DNA from: an uncultured Bdellovibrionales bacterium
GTDB lineage: Bacteria; Bdellovibrionota_C; UBA2361; SZUA-149; CAZDWZ01
Assembly: GCA_964509425.1 (NCBI GenBank)
Contig: CAZDWZ010000005.1
Coordinates: forward strand, 277,859-341,858
Length of the DNA: 64,000 nucleotides
Reading direction: 5' to 3'
The translations under genes were made by a program, and so were the position numbers. Below, in pieces: positions 58,201 to 64,000 of the stretch; the stretch's first letter is position 1; each line of letters begins with the position of its first letter. The notes under the pieces were generated by a model, which was given only the letters and a program-made list of their open reading frames with translations, was not told the DNA's origin and did not search any database.

Positions 58201-60773
58201 GCCGTCACCATGAGGCGCGCGCGGGAGGGATCGGAATCAAGCGCTTGGAAAAACTTCATCAGTTTCTCTTGATCGTATAAACCGTCGTGTCCGATGCAGG
58301 ACGCACGGGCGTGCGTCAGGATTTCTGCAACCGGCGGCACTCCGCGGTTCAGCATCTGGTGGGTTTCGATTGCGTGGGCGAGTTCAATCTTCCCTTCGCA
58401 TCGAGCAACGAGAGAGTCTCTGTCGTCGGCCCAAGTGAAGAATCGCCCGATTACTTCCTTGAAGTTCCTACAGTCGCTTGCTCCAGAGAGATGGGGGATC
58501 ACTTCCTCGACGAACATGCGATCAAATTCTGCTCGCTCGGTCTCGCTCATCTCGTGATATCGGCGAATTAGATCTTCTACATCTTTCTTTTCAGCCGCTA
58601 TCGGACTGAAGGATAGAGTACGGATTCTCGTTCCCCAACCGTCATCGAACCAGTGTTTGTGCCCTCCCGCAAAGAGCATATGTGCTTCGTGCACGAGCGC
58701 GTGAACCCGATTTCCATCGTAGAGCGCGAGCATCATTCGGCCTTCCGCGCAGTCGCCGAGGTCTATCTGTATGTCGCTTCGCGCATCGAGATTGAAGCGG
58801 TCGCTATAAATGCTGTTTACAATGTGAAGATCCGAGATACCCATCTCGGTGAGCAAACTATTCGCACGGCGTCCTTCATTGTTTCTCCTGATGCTCCGGA
58901 GCGCGGGTGCGAGACGTTTTCCATCCGTCCCGATATCCGCCCATCCGTCCCAAAAGCCACGGTTGTCCGCCTTGGCATTCTCGTGGAGCGAGGTGAAGAT
59001 CTCATCGGCGATCTTTGAGTTGTGCAGGTAGGCGTGATGGGTCTCGTCATGCATCCGATGGAGGTCGGCCCGGATTCCCCCGAAAATCCCGATTCCGCTC
59101 ATTTGGCCGTTTGTGAGAATCAGCGCGACGAATAGATTCTCATGCAGGTCCAGAGTTGTGGTGAGATTCGCACGCGAGTCCCGAACGGAGTCGCGAGTAA
59201 TAGCGCCTGTAGTGCCTCCCTTCACCGTCTCTTCACGAATGGTAAGTCGATGCTCCTCGAGAAGGAGCGAACGTCGAAGTTCGTTCCGGTAGACGGTCCC
59301 TCGTGCCAACCTCAAGCCGTCGAGAAAATGCTCTGACGTGTTCCCGAAATACGGTTGAACGCTTCGGAGAAAGCTCCGCTCCTGATGATCCATATTCGAA
59401 ATAATTGTTTCGCGGAGTCGTAGGTTCTCTTCCGAACTCCCTGTGCTGCGGACGGACGCGAGCCAGCTCCCTTGACTCCTCCCAAAGTCAGCGCCTCGGT
59501 CAGTGATCATCGCGGAGATCTGGAGGGCTGTCGGCGAACCGGTGGCGCTCGTAAAGAGCTCTCGAATCACTGCACGTTCAGAAGCTCGAAGATTCGGACG
59601 GCTGTCGATGAAGGCGTCGAGATCCGATTTCGTTGACGGCGCACTCGAACAATACAGTCTTCGGTAACTTTGTAGAATAACGCGCCGCTCTTCGATGGAG
59701 GTTCCGCGCAGAGTTTCGAGGAGTCCCAGTATGGGATCCGGCTTTTGCATCGCCGAATACGCGATGGCGGCGAGAAACTCATCACGGTTTGCTCCGATAA
59801 GCTGCTGCAGTCGTGTCTCAAACGGCACCCGTTCGGCGGGTCCGAAGAGATGTGCCGCGCTTACTCGCGCGATCGGCGGAGTCGGAAGTTTTGCGATTCC
59901 GTCTAGCTGTTTGATAAGCGTAGTATTCCAGTTCTCCGAGAAATAGCTCGTGGCGATGAACTCGAGGACCCCGCTAAACGATGCCCAACCAAGACGGTCT
60001 CCAACGCTTTGTCCGCCATGGTTCCGCATGTGGACTCGTTCGAGCCACGCGTATGTGGTTCCGTCGAGTTCGCCGAGAATGGCTTGAACCTTTTTGCCCT
60101 CGCAGCCGCCGAAGCGATAGAGAAGCGCAGAGTTTAGCCTCGAATATATGTTCCTCGCCTTGTCGATTGCCTCTTGCACTTCGCCGACTCCGGCTTGGTA
60201 GCGAGTATTCAGAAATCTTCGAGCATCCGGTGTGAGGACGTCTTCGTGGAGCGCCAGGAATTCGAGCCACTGAGTGTGAAGACGAGCGGGCATAGTGTCG
60301 GAAAGACCTTGGACCGTGCGGTTTCCCCGCCCCATTCCTTGGGCGTTGACGGCGAGAAGCTCCAACCGTGTCTGATCTTCAATTTGCTTCAGCTCGTTCA
60401 TGATCGCGGTGTTGAGCGCGCGGCCTGATGGCGAGTTTGGATCGATGCGGAGCCCGTACGGCATGGTGGTGAGCGAAGCAATTAAATCATTGCGCGCTGC
60501 TTGGGCGGTTCTTTGGCGTTCGGCCATGTTTGAGCTGTCGGCGCCTGCGAGCAAAGCAGCATTCTCGTTTGCGACCCTTCTAAGGTCTCTCGAAAAATCC
60601 CTTGCCTGGGCGGCATCTAACTTCAATCCCGGGATTGCGACTGGAAGAACCATCGCAGGCGCGAGCTGTAATTCCGCCGGCGCGCTTGGCGCCTCGTGGA
60701 AAAGGTCTGGAAATGCTGGAACGCCGGTCGATCGACCAGGGGGTGGGGGAACCACGTTTTGCGTAGTGCTCAT
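46299..60773 (-). CDS. Giant 4824-aa protein: ~1280-aa N-terminal soluble region, ~350-aa multi-span membrane domain, ~300-aa Pro/Glu/Thr-rich disordered linker, ~2600 aa of alpha-helical coiled coil, a C-terminal TM helix, and an acidic tail.
   Basis: An uninterrupted 14,475-nt ORF. Hydrophobic cluster at about residues 1280-1640 (MVGTIAAVTVAGFFTGGAAWYVTFGFISATSL... to ...AAYMAPMFVLGMRYIAQPAL). No P-loop or other enzymatic signature was found by eye. Long antisense ORFs (for example 52245-53252) are by-products of the coiled-coil codon bias. Confidence 0.8.
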   Translation of the reverse strand: MSTTQNVVPPPPGRSTGVPAFPDLFHEAPSAPAELQLAPAMVLPVAIPGLKLDAAQARDFSRDLRRVANENAALLAGADSSNMAERQRTAQAARNDLIASLTTMPYGLRIDPNSPSGRALNTAIMNELKQIEDQTRLELLAVNAQGMGRGNRTVQGLSDTMPARLHTQWLEFLALHEDVLTPDARRFLNTRYQAGVGEVQEAIDKARNIYSRLNSALLYRFGGCEGKKVQAILGELDGTTYAWLERVHMRNHGGQSVGDRLGWASFSGVLEFIATSYFSENWNTTLIKQLDGIAKLPTPPIARVSAAHLFGPAERVPFETRLQQLIGANRDEFLAAIAYSAMQKPDPILGLLETLRGTSIEERRVILQSYRRLYCSSAPSTKSDLDAFIDSRPNLRASERAVIRELFTSATGSPTALQISAMITDRGADFGRSQGSWLASVRSTGSSEENLRLRETIISNMDHQERSFLRSVQPYFGNTSEHFLDGLRLARGTVYRNELRRSLLLEEHRLTIREETVKGGTTGAITRDSVRDSRANLTTTLDLHENLFVALILTNGQMSGIGIFGGIRADLHRMHDETHHAYLHNSKIADEIFTSLHENAKADNRGFWDGWADIGTDGKRLAPALRSIRRNNEGRRANSLLTEMGISDLHIVNSIYSDRFNLDARSDIQIDLGDCAEGRMMLALYDGNRVHALVHEAHMLFAGGHKHWFDDGWGTRIRTLSFSPIAAEKKDVEDLIRRYHEMSETERAEFDRMFVEEVIPHLSGASDCRNFKEVIGRFFTWADDRDSLVARCEGKIELAHAIETHQMLNRGVPPVAEILTHARASCIGHDGLYDQEKLMKFFQALDSDPSRARLMVTAKARLGTGSENAPALEALQALANAAALGKDPAKATERRELYAKADACIIRYGLAINGGNINYNLVNTPVQFHFRPNDEQKRVLDGHLKAGNGAEYRRQLEAYTEAARRAQVQHNRRIEEQYSLCYQGDNLRTDADRRLNTQNLGKLRAASFGHRLQSGDLDSVQKLAEALSGITGKRDMAVIRSAMENRFRTAEDKAAYDPDGKRDCIDKLSDDFVQYLKENGISAESLEDYGSRKLTGDDRFDFRNDLVPGNALTGSEMIERLERRKVHEQSGGIGWGSWSVNTGRSLLNAAHLDRQIAELKSFHDRQTELWLASPQRRESESRGRRTRSGSIQTEPIIYELSHGICEEYLTRNHICQESATMLREMKNAMAERVQMVGTIAAVTVAGFFTGGAAWYVTFGFISATSLATTTLIKYGIRGDGYQMFRRDWTESFGENSILQNCLIVPIAYNLFTDEYKHDINHAAVEGLALTITMGCSHAIAEFVGNRVVLLSLGNKVHGLTTAEILAGGFSKNALAAMENEFIKRAVSDFTHNIVVSLITETSGMMTAEFVSGIGMKMVDVGMEKGLIGLVSNIGGTLQDGVRDGANRAAHAAYMAPMFVLGMRYIAQPALTGITNFAKACWTGGVKGFRWTFGIAEPVAAEGAGGKKTGATPEQQKPGTGEESTRPVEGREAETGGERRVVEPAEANRAETPVQEGALTDGETVFVSHTVEAPAGDTVVNNHPGTGTEGRPVVESRQPVVDSHQPVVRGPDTVDPNLFADAGLHHGSPLEGGNPVVADHPRTPLEQHRGRTNDTAETRKKADDSRRAEESRTEQPKKEAAPEARPIEPVNTHGHGGQQTPGSAPEAARPRTIPEEAPTTAEGQRKVLGLENKETPRTLEEWNKTINEALEHAKTPAQEKAVVESARRLMDPQRPEGSWAAFLFGPSVNGWMWRSLQALYYVGESLGNALRFRWGAAGESLQNARARLLERGWADNVKAFLDGGHRAWDPQIHYRARERLLERAKEFDPTLKEVPKNREQWIELIDKATRGLESNEARAEVISKMNKLMREANAHEFWVAETGRYRHMRVGEAEAYFAKMGVDPDTLPRTYHQMEARLLELQKGMSDYQIARLREAAQSWFNANGHPRIFGHYIGWPHQWSTEGAFQRLGLWNDCFMVTHETAAEIVAHAQKAVAKNSEATAQHHRDVAEMESALRYLRRNVDMNGSDPHTYRALRKLDILGQPYEGELLKAAYDAKIAPANAEVRRIREELRKTQEQLDRAKEAEHARNPEGKTPQQPQEGRRSTERSSESRRSNTEPLSAEARKIADLLNEIRKLNHDFLVAQKAADEIHVAYKYLEARIPPAETRSWYNPKRYFVAIFGESFASFTNSSDLPSLDALRRAFRLQANAMEASLAALGDKGGARILDSETINRLHEAALRLHKGNAAMCEQADLAALHLHLLAHSRSMADVPTLEVLKSRIEQFRKSANELGAVHRGRPYTAAEIDALASRLLDPLRKLHQQLVAARNNRAEFETLTKKLEAMEKKTPDANRMRRIQEMRDRLGELEAEYAKMGRSGETAKQLNRMIGENLHKQRLIEAHRAYVKDLLCLQEADGTIRPRFEKSQIRTTRQETAEGGTRTTHHVLQDVRGIDERVAVFTRRDATTARLKLTPGASVEQVEAALLARREKALARVEEMRKKGSDYENSKLDASERAKTIESEITRLLIEQRQTLERLDEFRRNLGNREPSLRDVLKEQEWLEQLIQIDRRMKNWQKLERQVNDIERWTTDILTRSMASADLAVPREILIELAKAKTFDEKIERLAELREQLSKAGHDQALAKEAQVVEQLTRRRTELIRQVQEATRVLAELDARLCSTLKATGSPQLQLVVIESARRMRQLAEIMKHLSPEHAEQIIQKILRDLGVPPGADSRGSSTRSLAQIEAQVRQTNKKELERLFRSTRREKAAELVHEKQQLETQLRDTNDQLQRALQHPARNLELTRQLRSRIEQIKARLAELAPTRLRAAALEAARLAEDLEIARLCNQAWIRQIELRAHDVIVELRRRCGFDFDLYTEQQIIEHAARTGAAPEQVAAEIARMKMEAKDELLRLYDEARSQATIEQQAENFRHSISEAELILREAPAEIRQLSDGEIKRIASEDAQRVLEAHNSHIELELLSLIEEAVASTARQHLSQLRGSAGQSPALNEAAFEGLVRDSIQAQLSEWKKAIDYIIQAHDEARALMKEMMRQESLFPELNALPEAMRHHEQRARNLHKRETRRLENELARETARLESELEYGGTREAALRQRLNELNELKQTEEVVQERARLTRELAREDWSRKREKLERRLEELTDERIAAEVESAREVRRLLESDQAEARRAQIERSCNAAEGRLERLNQRYNELTPEFVAAEGQKARADLLEKARGSTEAELSHAATRRERQLKLERAQVAREIRRVAEAVRGPVGSDVPQLTRQEIEFEVARIRAEAEKRLPQNKGADDLQRKLLSEREGIQKTLRETNWEGERAKLRENVARLRQELSVDESARRLNSLHEQLAQIRRNRLTEKRTRHSLNEEFVSKYAREVSERYFKQESKRIESEKHRIQQELRELQRIEDELLGRVNEGGERLGGLLEFSTCFQGGYQPGELSTEAAIRWLGYKPGDVLPDTPEGWREAMHRRLDTEFELWKRLRIIDAATKMMNDSLNISKRPVFWSEVWKATVNLSIERGLYRIAELFGEQLVWSFRQLGQALFYDPWSMKLDRIGRIIFGDSFCISRDLRWALEFQGSSKISEYLLHETVVARDYGLKTTTSTRNVLIENWMCWIIPLPDIIPIRFLRSINFLIIFPNRALQANLARELILRHGDLNLADPSFAKACHAIEARKHIGRLNALTESEIRYAASKARANPGANAETILAAETYLCGLLPQSGVSEAWWFMKPFVYLAEVLMPPRLVNSTIKSEKLSLANCERLAKLHIEGIARAKKVISRTGEAVGYHADALRSDIHLSEYSPARYRALVESRDPTLWAEYEAAFTYLEQFPSGVEGRTTARIFRSLSSHTMHLNEFVTFERLCQIYRNMNSAIRALNMRDVSGYHFWNNLSRGDFSVHHAAEQILTRLNGELARAESVYDARVAALGRHAPPQTLKLLRTEFLKTKNRLLREIREVSASRDLLMDLTLHTRSEDPFRIVAFREGARSLDSIALLKERIETFHLRDRLNASIGMKAGKDHAPDVVQQHTKKALNQFADEVRQARDRAVEEAYRKLKPGEVFSMNNVDMREVNALLASERGLRLRCTEDFLIEFGERGTRLRSPWQSEAVVSEKGLLRQRINNSVVDHPFSEARLQAFRDMMTVGEILGVPGEFAFSREMTNAAKYESFRKYYETALANAKDMASRNRVEAAMSFVEDLLLRSVNGRVARVDQIESLAKRLKKIQERALALEMVGMNPEARCFTAEEVKAYHDAQVEKMPWLTRELGAARDHLLMLLGRKPRALALKELGLQGEGRRYSYEELDAAYKKKASENPADEPSLREARDSAYEILWKEGEADVRWHERGGWWNPTNWPIISYIKLHHAFNLVGDAFNIIRWMLPSRLVSWFDRSLSLIADQAAFWRRMGWVRAEYQGTGLMENLAKIAAEGRMSRTDADLFRYQQNPAQTRPTGHHEQLYHDLMNDPKAFWKHLQGAVKRTPIDKDLITLELFGNGGVTRERGLLLESRKAVQNLEVLTDPVKLLEHCERLIAEANGDPKRIREIVEAYNRLAANLKPGLPWRFGILPPRDSFIGRLLGRYYDFLGTMLHDIPKFLLIMYVLTRFSFFRWLFGNWDIFGTGDDDFDDFLKRLSRKSSRWGSPLKSRGMLSPNADDDVITADSHGWWEDMGQRELEDPEHQKDEKDFETANVLQEQRNEFFAAMPAPIGQSDSDDDGEPGVPRIKPQAPDAEARERDKAQVRFHDAMSANSARHARMQNLRLPDKGTGMLSEYFSRSRFPFLG

Positions 60774-60940
60774 AGCAAGAACCTTTGATGCGAACCCTTA
60801 GATGCCTAATAGTTTTATGCGCCAACTATGCTTTGTGTTGGCGGTTCGCGAGCAATGTCCTTAGAATGTTTCGGGTCTGAAATAAGAACGTAGCCTTCTT
60901 CGTCTCAGCGAAAGGAAAGGGCGGGGCGCGTAGGAAAAAA

Positions 60941-61897
60941 GTGATAACCGACACACGTTCGATTCTCGTTCTTATCAATAAAAGCGCCGGCGGAAGGTCG
61001 GGCGTTCGGCTGTATGAAGTGTTGGAAGAGTTGAATCACCGTGATCATCTCAAGTTCGACCTCAGGCCGCTGGGGAGTGATGCCCCTCTCGAAAAGTCGC
61101 GAATCCGCAACGCAGGGTACTCGCATGTTGTGCTGGCGGGTGGTGACGGTACGGCATCCTCCTATCTTACGGAGTTTGCTGATCTGCCGTCGCTGTTTCA
61201 TATCTTTCCGCTTGGGACAGGGAACGATCTTGCTCGTGAGCTCGGAATCACTCGCCCGTCATTTGAACAGCTCCCTCGATATATGGAGGGTCTCGGAGAC
61301 CGCCGTCCGAGAGTCATTTCGATATGGGAAGCGGAGTGGATTTTGCGCACCGGCGAGACACAGAAGCGAAAGTTCGTGAACTACTTCTCGCTTGGCTGGG
61401 ATGCGCATGTCGTCGCTGAGTTCGATCGCCGCCGAAAAGCTGGGCATCCTTTGAGCGGGAAGTTTGGACCCTGGGGGAACCGTCTTCTCTATTTTCTGAG
61501 CGGATTCTCAACCTTGGGCACGATGCTCCCGGCTGCGAGAGTTGAGTCAGACGGTCAACGCTTCGAACTTCCAAGAGGTTATCGCAGCATCGTTGCCTCG
61601 AATATCAAGTCGATCATGGGGCTCGGCCGACTGACTCGTTTAGCTGACCCTGGAGACGATATCTTGGAGCTGCAGCCGGTCGCAAGAATTCTCGGCTACT
61701 CCGAGATGCTCTTCCCCTACGCGATGAGGAGCGGCCGACTCGAAAGTTCCGTTAAAAGAGCACGGAAATTTGTCATCGAGCCTCTGGCAGACGAGAAAAT
61801 CTTCATTCAGGTGGACGGCGAATCGCTCGGTGCAATATCGTTTGAGCGGTTAAGCTTTACATATGCCGGCGCGGTCCGGGTGGGAGTGCCGGAGTGA
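60941..61897 (+). CDS. Diacylglycerol-kinase catalytic-domain (DAGK_cat / YegS / sphingosine-kinase-like) lipid kinase.
   Basis: GTG start. SILVLINKSAGGRSG and the conserved VLAGGDGT motif, with a C-terminal beta-sandwich-like region. 318 aa. Confidence 0.75.
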   Translation: MITDTRSILVLINKSAGGRSGVRLYEVLEELNHRDHLKFDLRPLGSDAPLEKSRIRNAGYSHVVLAGGDGTASSYLTEFADLPSLFHIFPLGTGNDLARELGITRPSFEQLPRYMEGLGDRRPRVISIWEAEWILRTGETQKRKFVNYFSLGWDAHVVAEFDRRRKAGHPLSGKFGPWGNRLLYFLSGFSTLGTMLPAARVESDGQRFELPRGYRSIVASNIKSIMGLGRLTRLADPGDDILELQPVARILGYSEMLFPYAMRSGRLESSVKRARKFVIEPLADEKIFIQVDGESLGAISFERLSFTYAGAVRVGVPE

Positions 61898-62766
61898 ACG
61901 TCGTTTTTCTCATTAATGAATATAGTCTGCACAATCATATCATCACGTCGTACCTCGCGGAGCGGCCGGACGATAAGGTATCGATTCTGAAAGTGCCGCT
62001 CGTCGTGAAGGGCAAGAGCCGCGTTGAGACGGGGAAGAAAATTCTCCCGCAGCTCAGTTCGCGATTCGTCGCCGAGAAGTTCGTCGAGTTCCTCGTGCTC
62101 GGCGCTATCACCTGGACGCCGAAGCTTTTGCCGCGGGGAGCGGTATTCCGCCGGTTACGCTGGATAGCCGGCACTCATCGGCTACCGTATCTTGAAGCGG
62201 CGAGTATCATGTCGCCGGAGAGTCTTGATTTTATTCGTGCGGCACGGCCGGATGTCATCGTGACGTTGATGCACCAGATTGTAAAAGGCGAGCTTCTCAC
62301 CCTCGCTTCGAAGGGGATAGTCAATATTCATCCCGGTTTGCTTCCGGCATTTCGTGGAATCCAACCATATTTCTGGGCCCTCTCCGAAGGAGCGGGGCGG
62401 ACGGGAGTTACTCTTCATCTTATCGAGGATGACGGTGTGGACACGGGCGGAGTGCTCGCGTCCGCGTCGTTTTCGGTTCCCCCGAAGAGCTCCGTTTCGT
62501 TGGTGTATTATCTGACCGCTCGATGCGCGGCGAGTGTTTTAGGAGAAACGCTTTCTTTAATGGAGGAGGGGAGGCTTACCGCAAAGGCTCAAAGCCCTGA
62601 TGAGGGGAGCTACTATCGCTGGCCGGACAGTGCTGCGTTCTCCCGGCTTTGGAAGAACGGACACACGCTCTTGAGGATTTCCGACATCCTCTCCGTAATC
62701 AATGGAAAATACGATGGTTTTGAACCGGAGCAAAAGTCGTTCTCAATTTCGCAGGCGCCCGAATAG
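61894..62766 (+). CDS. Formyltransferase-family protein (Fmt / PurN / ArnA-N-terminal-like).
   Basis: VNIHPGLLPAFRGIQPYFWALSEG matches the formyl-transfer motif H.SLLP...G..P..WAI..G. The GTG start overlaps the upstream stop. 290 aa. Confidence 0.65.
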   Translation: MNVVFLINEYSLHNHIITSYLAERPDDKVSILKVPLVVKGKSRVETGKKILPQLSSRFVAEKFVEFLVLGAITWTPKLLPRGAVFRRLRWIAGTHRLPYLEAASIMSPESLDFIRAARPDVIVTLMHQIVKGELLTLASKGIVNIHPGLLPAFRGIQPYFWALSEGAGRTGVTLHLIEDDGVDTGGVLASASFSVPPKSSVSLVYYLTARCAASVLGETLSLMEEGRLTAKAQSPDEGSYYRWPDSAAFSRLWKNGHTLLRISDILSVINGKYDGFEPEQKSFSISQAPE

Positions 62767-63192
62767 GGGCGAACCCGCAAAGATGAACTCACTCTCGACG
62801 AGACATGATCTCCGGCTCAGAGCCGGAGATCGGCACGGGAAGTTAGCTCAGAGACAACGTTACTCGTTATCTTGGTTGCTCTTCTCCGGGTCATGTCCGC
62901 GTGATATCGGCGGAGGAAGCACCATCTCTTTTCCGACAGGCGGCACGAGATTGAGCGATGCCGACACTGTTGAAACTGACGATGAGGCGGATGCTGTTGC
63001 TGTTGCTGACATGGAACCTCACTTTACACTGAAAACCTAAGACACCAGGTTTCTCTCTTTAGATTATTCGTGCCATTCGTTTCGAGTTGCCTTTTGCTGA
63101 ACGTGGGCAGCAAGTGCATACGGAAACGTATAATGTTAGGGTGCAGGCCGAATACAGAATGAACCGATGCTTCCGGCTGAATAGGAATTCTA

Positions 63193-64000
63193 ATGGGACT
63201 TTTTGATAAATGCGGCACTCTTCGAACAACGCCGATTCTTCCAACTGCCCAGAAAGCTTTAGAAATTAACCGCGACCGAACGAAATACGGAACGTTCGCC
63301 GAGATCGGGGCGGGCCAGGAGGTCGTCCGATGGTTCTTTCTCGTCGGCGGAGCCTCGGGCACCGTGGCAAAAAGCATGTCGGCCTACGACATGACGGTCA
63401 GTGATGCTGTTTACGGAAAAACCGAGCGGTACGTTTCCAAACAGCGTCTTCTTCAGATGCTCAACCACGAATATTCCTTGAACGTCGAGCGATTGAGCTC
63501 AAAAGTGGCGCCGAACGGTCGACTGTTTGCTTTTGCCGATACGGTCGCCACAAAAAGCAGCCGTGGTCCGTCCATGGGGCACGGGTGGATGGGGATTCGA
63601 TTTCAGCAGCATTTCGGGAGTGAGCTTTCGCAGATTCTCATTCACGTGAACATGCTCGATAACGATGCTGCCGACCAGCAGGAGACGCTTGGCATCGTGG
63701 GAGTAAACTTGGTTTACGGCGCCTTTCAATATGAGAACCCGGTCGAGATGATGGACTCGCTCATGGACAACCTGTCCAGAGAACGAATCGAGATCGACAT
63801 GGTGGAGTTCTCCGGCGAAAAATTCGCAAGCTTCGATAATCGTCTCGCAGCGCTCTGGCTTCTCCGGTTGAACCTCAGCGAGGCAGCGATGCTCGGACCC
63901 AAGGGAGAGGTGCTGCAGCCCTCCGATGTGATTTTCCGGCGTCCCGTGCTTGTGGAGCGGGGAAGCTTTAATCCCGTCACACTGACGCACCTCGATATTC
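63193..64000 (+). CDS. Hypothetical protein, 3'-truncated by the window end (absent from the supplied ORF track).
   Basis: The open frame runs from the ATG at 63193 (AGGAA 5 nt upstream, stop TGA at 63178) to position 64000 with no stop: MGLFDKCGTLRTT...RGSFNPVTLTHLDI. The last residues resemble a nucleotidyltransferase (G/S)F(D/N)P.H..H motif, but this is weak. Confidence 0.5.
   Translation, partial: MGLFDKCGTLRTTPILPTAQKALEINRDRTKYGTFAEIGAGQEVVRWFFLVGGASGTVAKSMSAYDMTVSDAVYGKTERYVSKQRLLQMLNHEYSLNVERLSSKVAPNGRLFAFADTVATKSSRGPSMGHGWMGIRFQQHFGSELSQILIHVNMLDNDAADQQETLGIVGVNLVYGAFQYENPVEMMDSLMDNLSRERIEIDMVEFSGEKFASFDNRLAALWLLRLNLSEAAMLGPKGEVLQPSDVIFRRPVLVERGSFNPVTLTHLDI

Noticed and set aside
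62838-63011. A small 58-codon minus-strand ORF (MSATATASASSSVSTVSASL...) next to a 9-bp hairpin at 62806-62828.
   Set aside because: It is low-complexity, derived from a GCT/GTT repeat, below the track threshold, and has no SD. It is noted only as a possible small peptide. The hairpin is probably the formyltransferase terminator.
63499-63990. A 163-aa minus-strand ORF at the window end.
   Set aside because: It is fully overlapped by a better plus-strand ORF (63193 to window end) that has an SD, and is probably that ORF's antisense shadow.
1-64000. A scan for CRISPR arrays, IS elements, integrases, rRNA, and additional tRNAs.
   Set aside because: No regularly spaced direct repeats, no transposase or integrase-like ORFs, and no other TTCGAAT/TTCAAAT T-loop contexts were seen. 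The two high-GC islands are not flanked by recognisable mobile-element genes.

Overview
A 64 kb chromosomal window from a moderately GC-rich bacterium (about 52-60% GC over most of the window). Coding density is high and genes sit on both strands. No rRNA, CRISPR array, transposase or integrase was recognised. From start to end the window contains: the 3' end of an aspartase/fumarase-family gene; a YbaK/ProX-type tRNA-editing gene; a single-gene island at about 68-70% GC encoding a thiolase-fold (KAS III-like) protein; a SAM methyltransferase; a HAD-IIA hydrolase; a nadA-cysteine desulfurase operon; membrane proteins of the UPF0104 and VanZ families; sspB placed divergently next to rplM-rpsI with a clear intrinsic terminator; a GATase1-like gene; a glycosylation cluster of a GT2-methyltransferase fusion, a C-methyltransferase and two GT-C membrane glycosyltransferases; an Rtc RNA-repair locus arranged as rtcB, a structured inverted-repeat element, an SPFH gene, a tRNA-Ile-like element, a divergent sigma-54 promoter and rtcR; a macro-domain/VOC/PBP-like gene string; a Ser/Thr signalling module arranged as a receptor Hanks kinase, a MotA/ExbB-like protein, an ExbD-like TM-coiled-coil protein, a zinc-ribbon FHA protein and a PP2C phosphatase; a histidine kinase/OmpR two-component pair; an FG-GAP secreted protein; a MoxR-TPR-TgpA(transglutaminase)-DUF58 operon; a second single-gene high-GC island; a 14.5 kb gene for a 4824-aa largely alpha-helical membrane protein with no recognisable catalytic domain; a DAGK-like lipid kinase and a formyltransferase; and an ORF that runs off the 3' end of the window and is absent from the supplied ORF track. 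The strongest candidates for undescribed biology are the Rtc locus with its embedded tRNA-like and Y-RNA-like elements, the kinase/FHA/PP2C plus 5:2-motor-like module, the giant protein, and the two high-GC single-gene inserts. All functional calls come from reading motifs in the translated ORFs and the nucleotide sequence by eye; no database search was possible.
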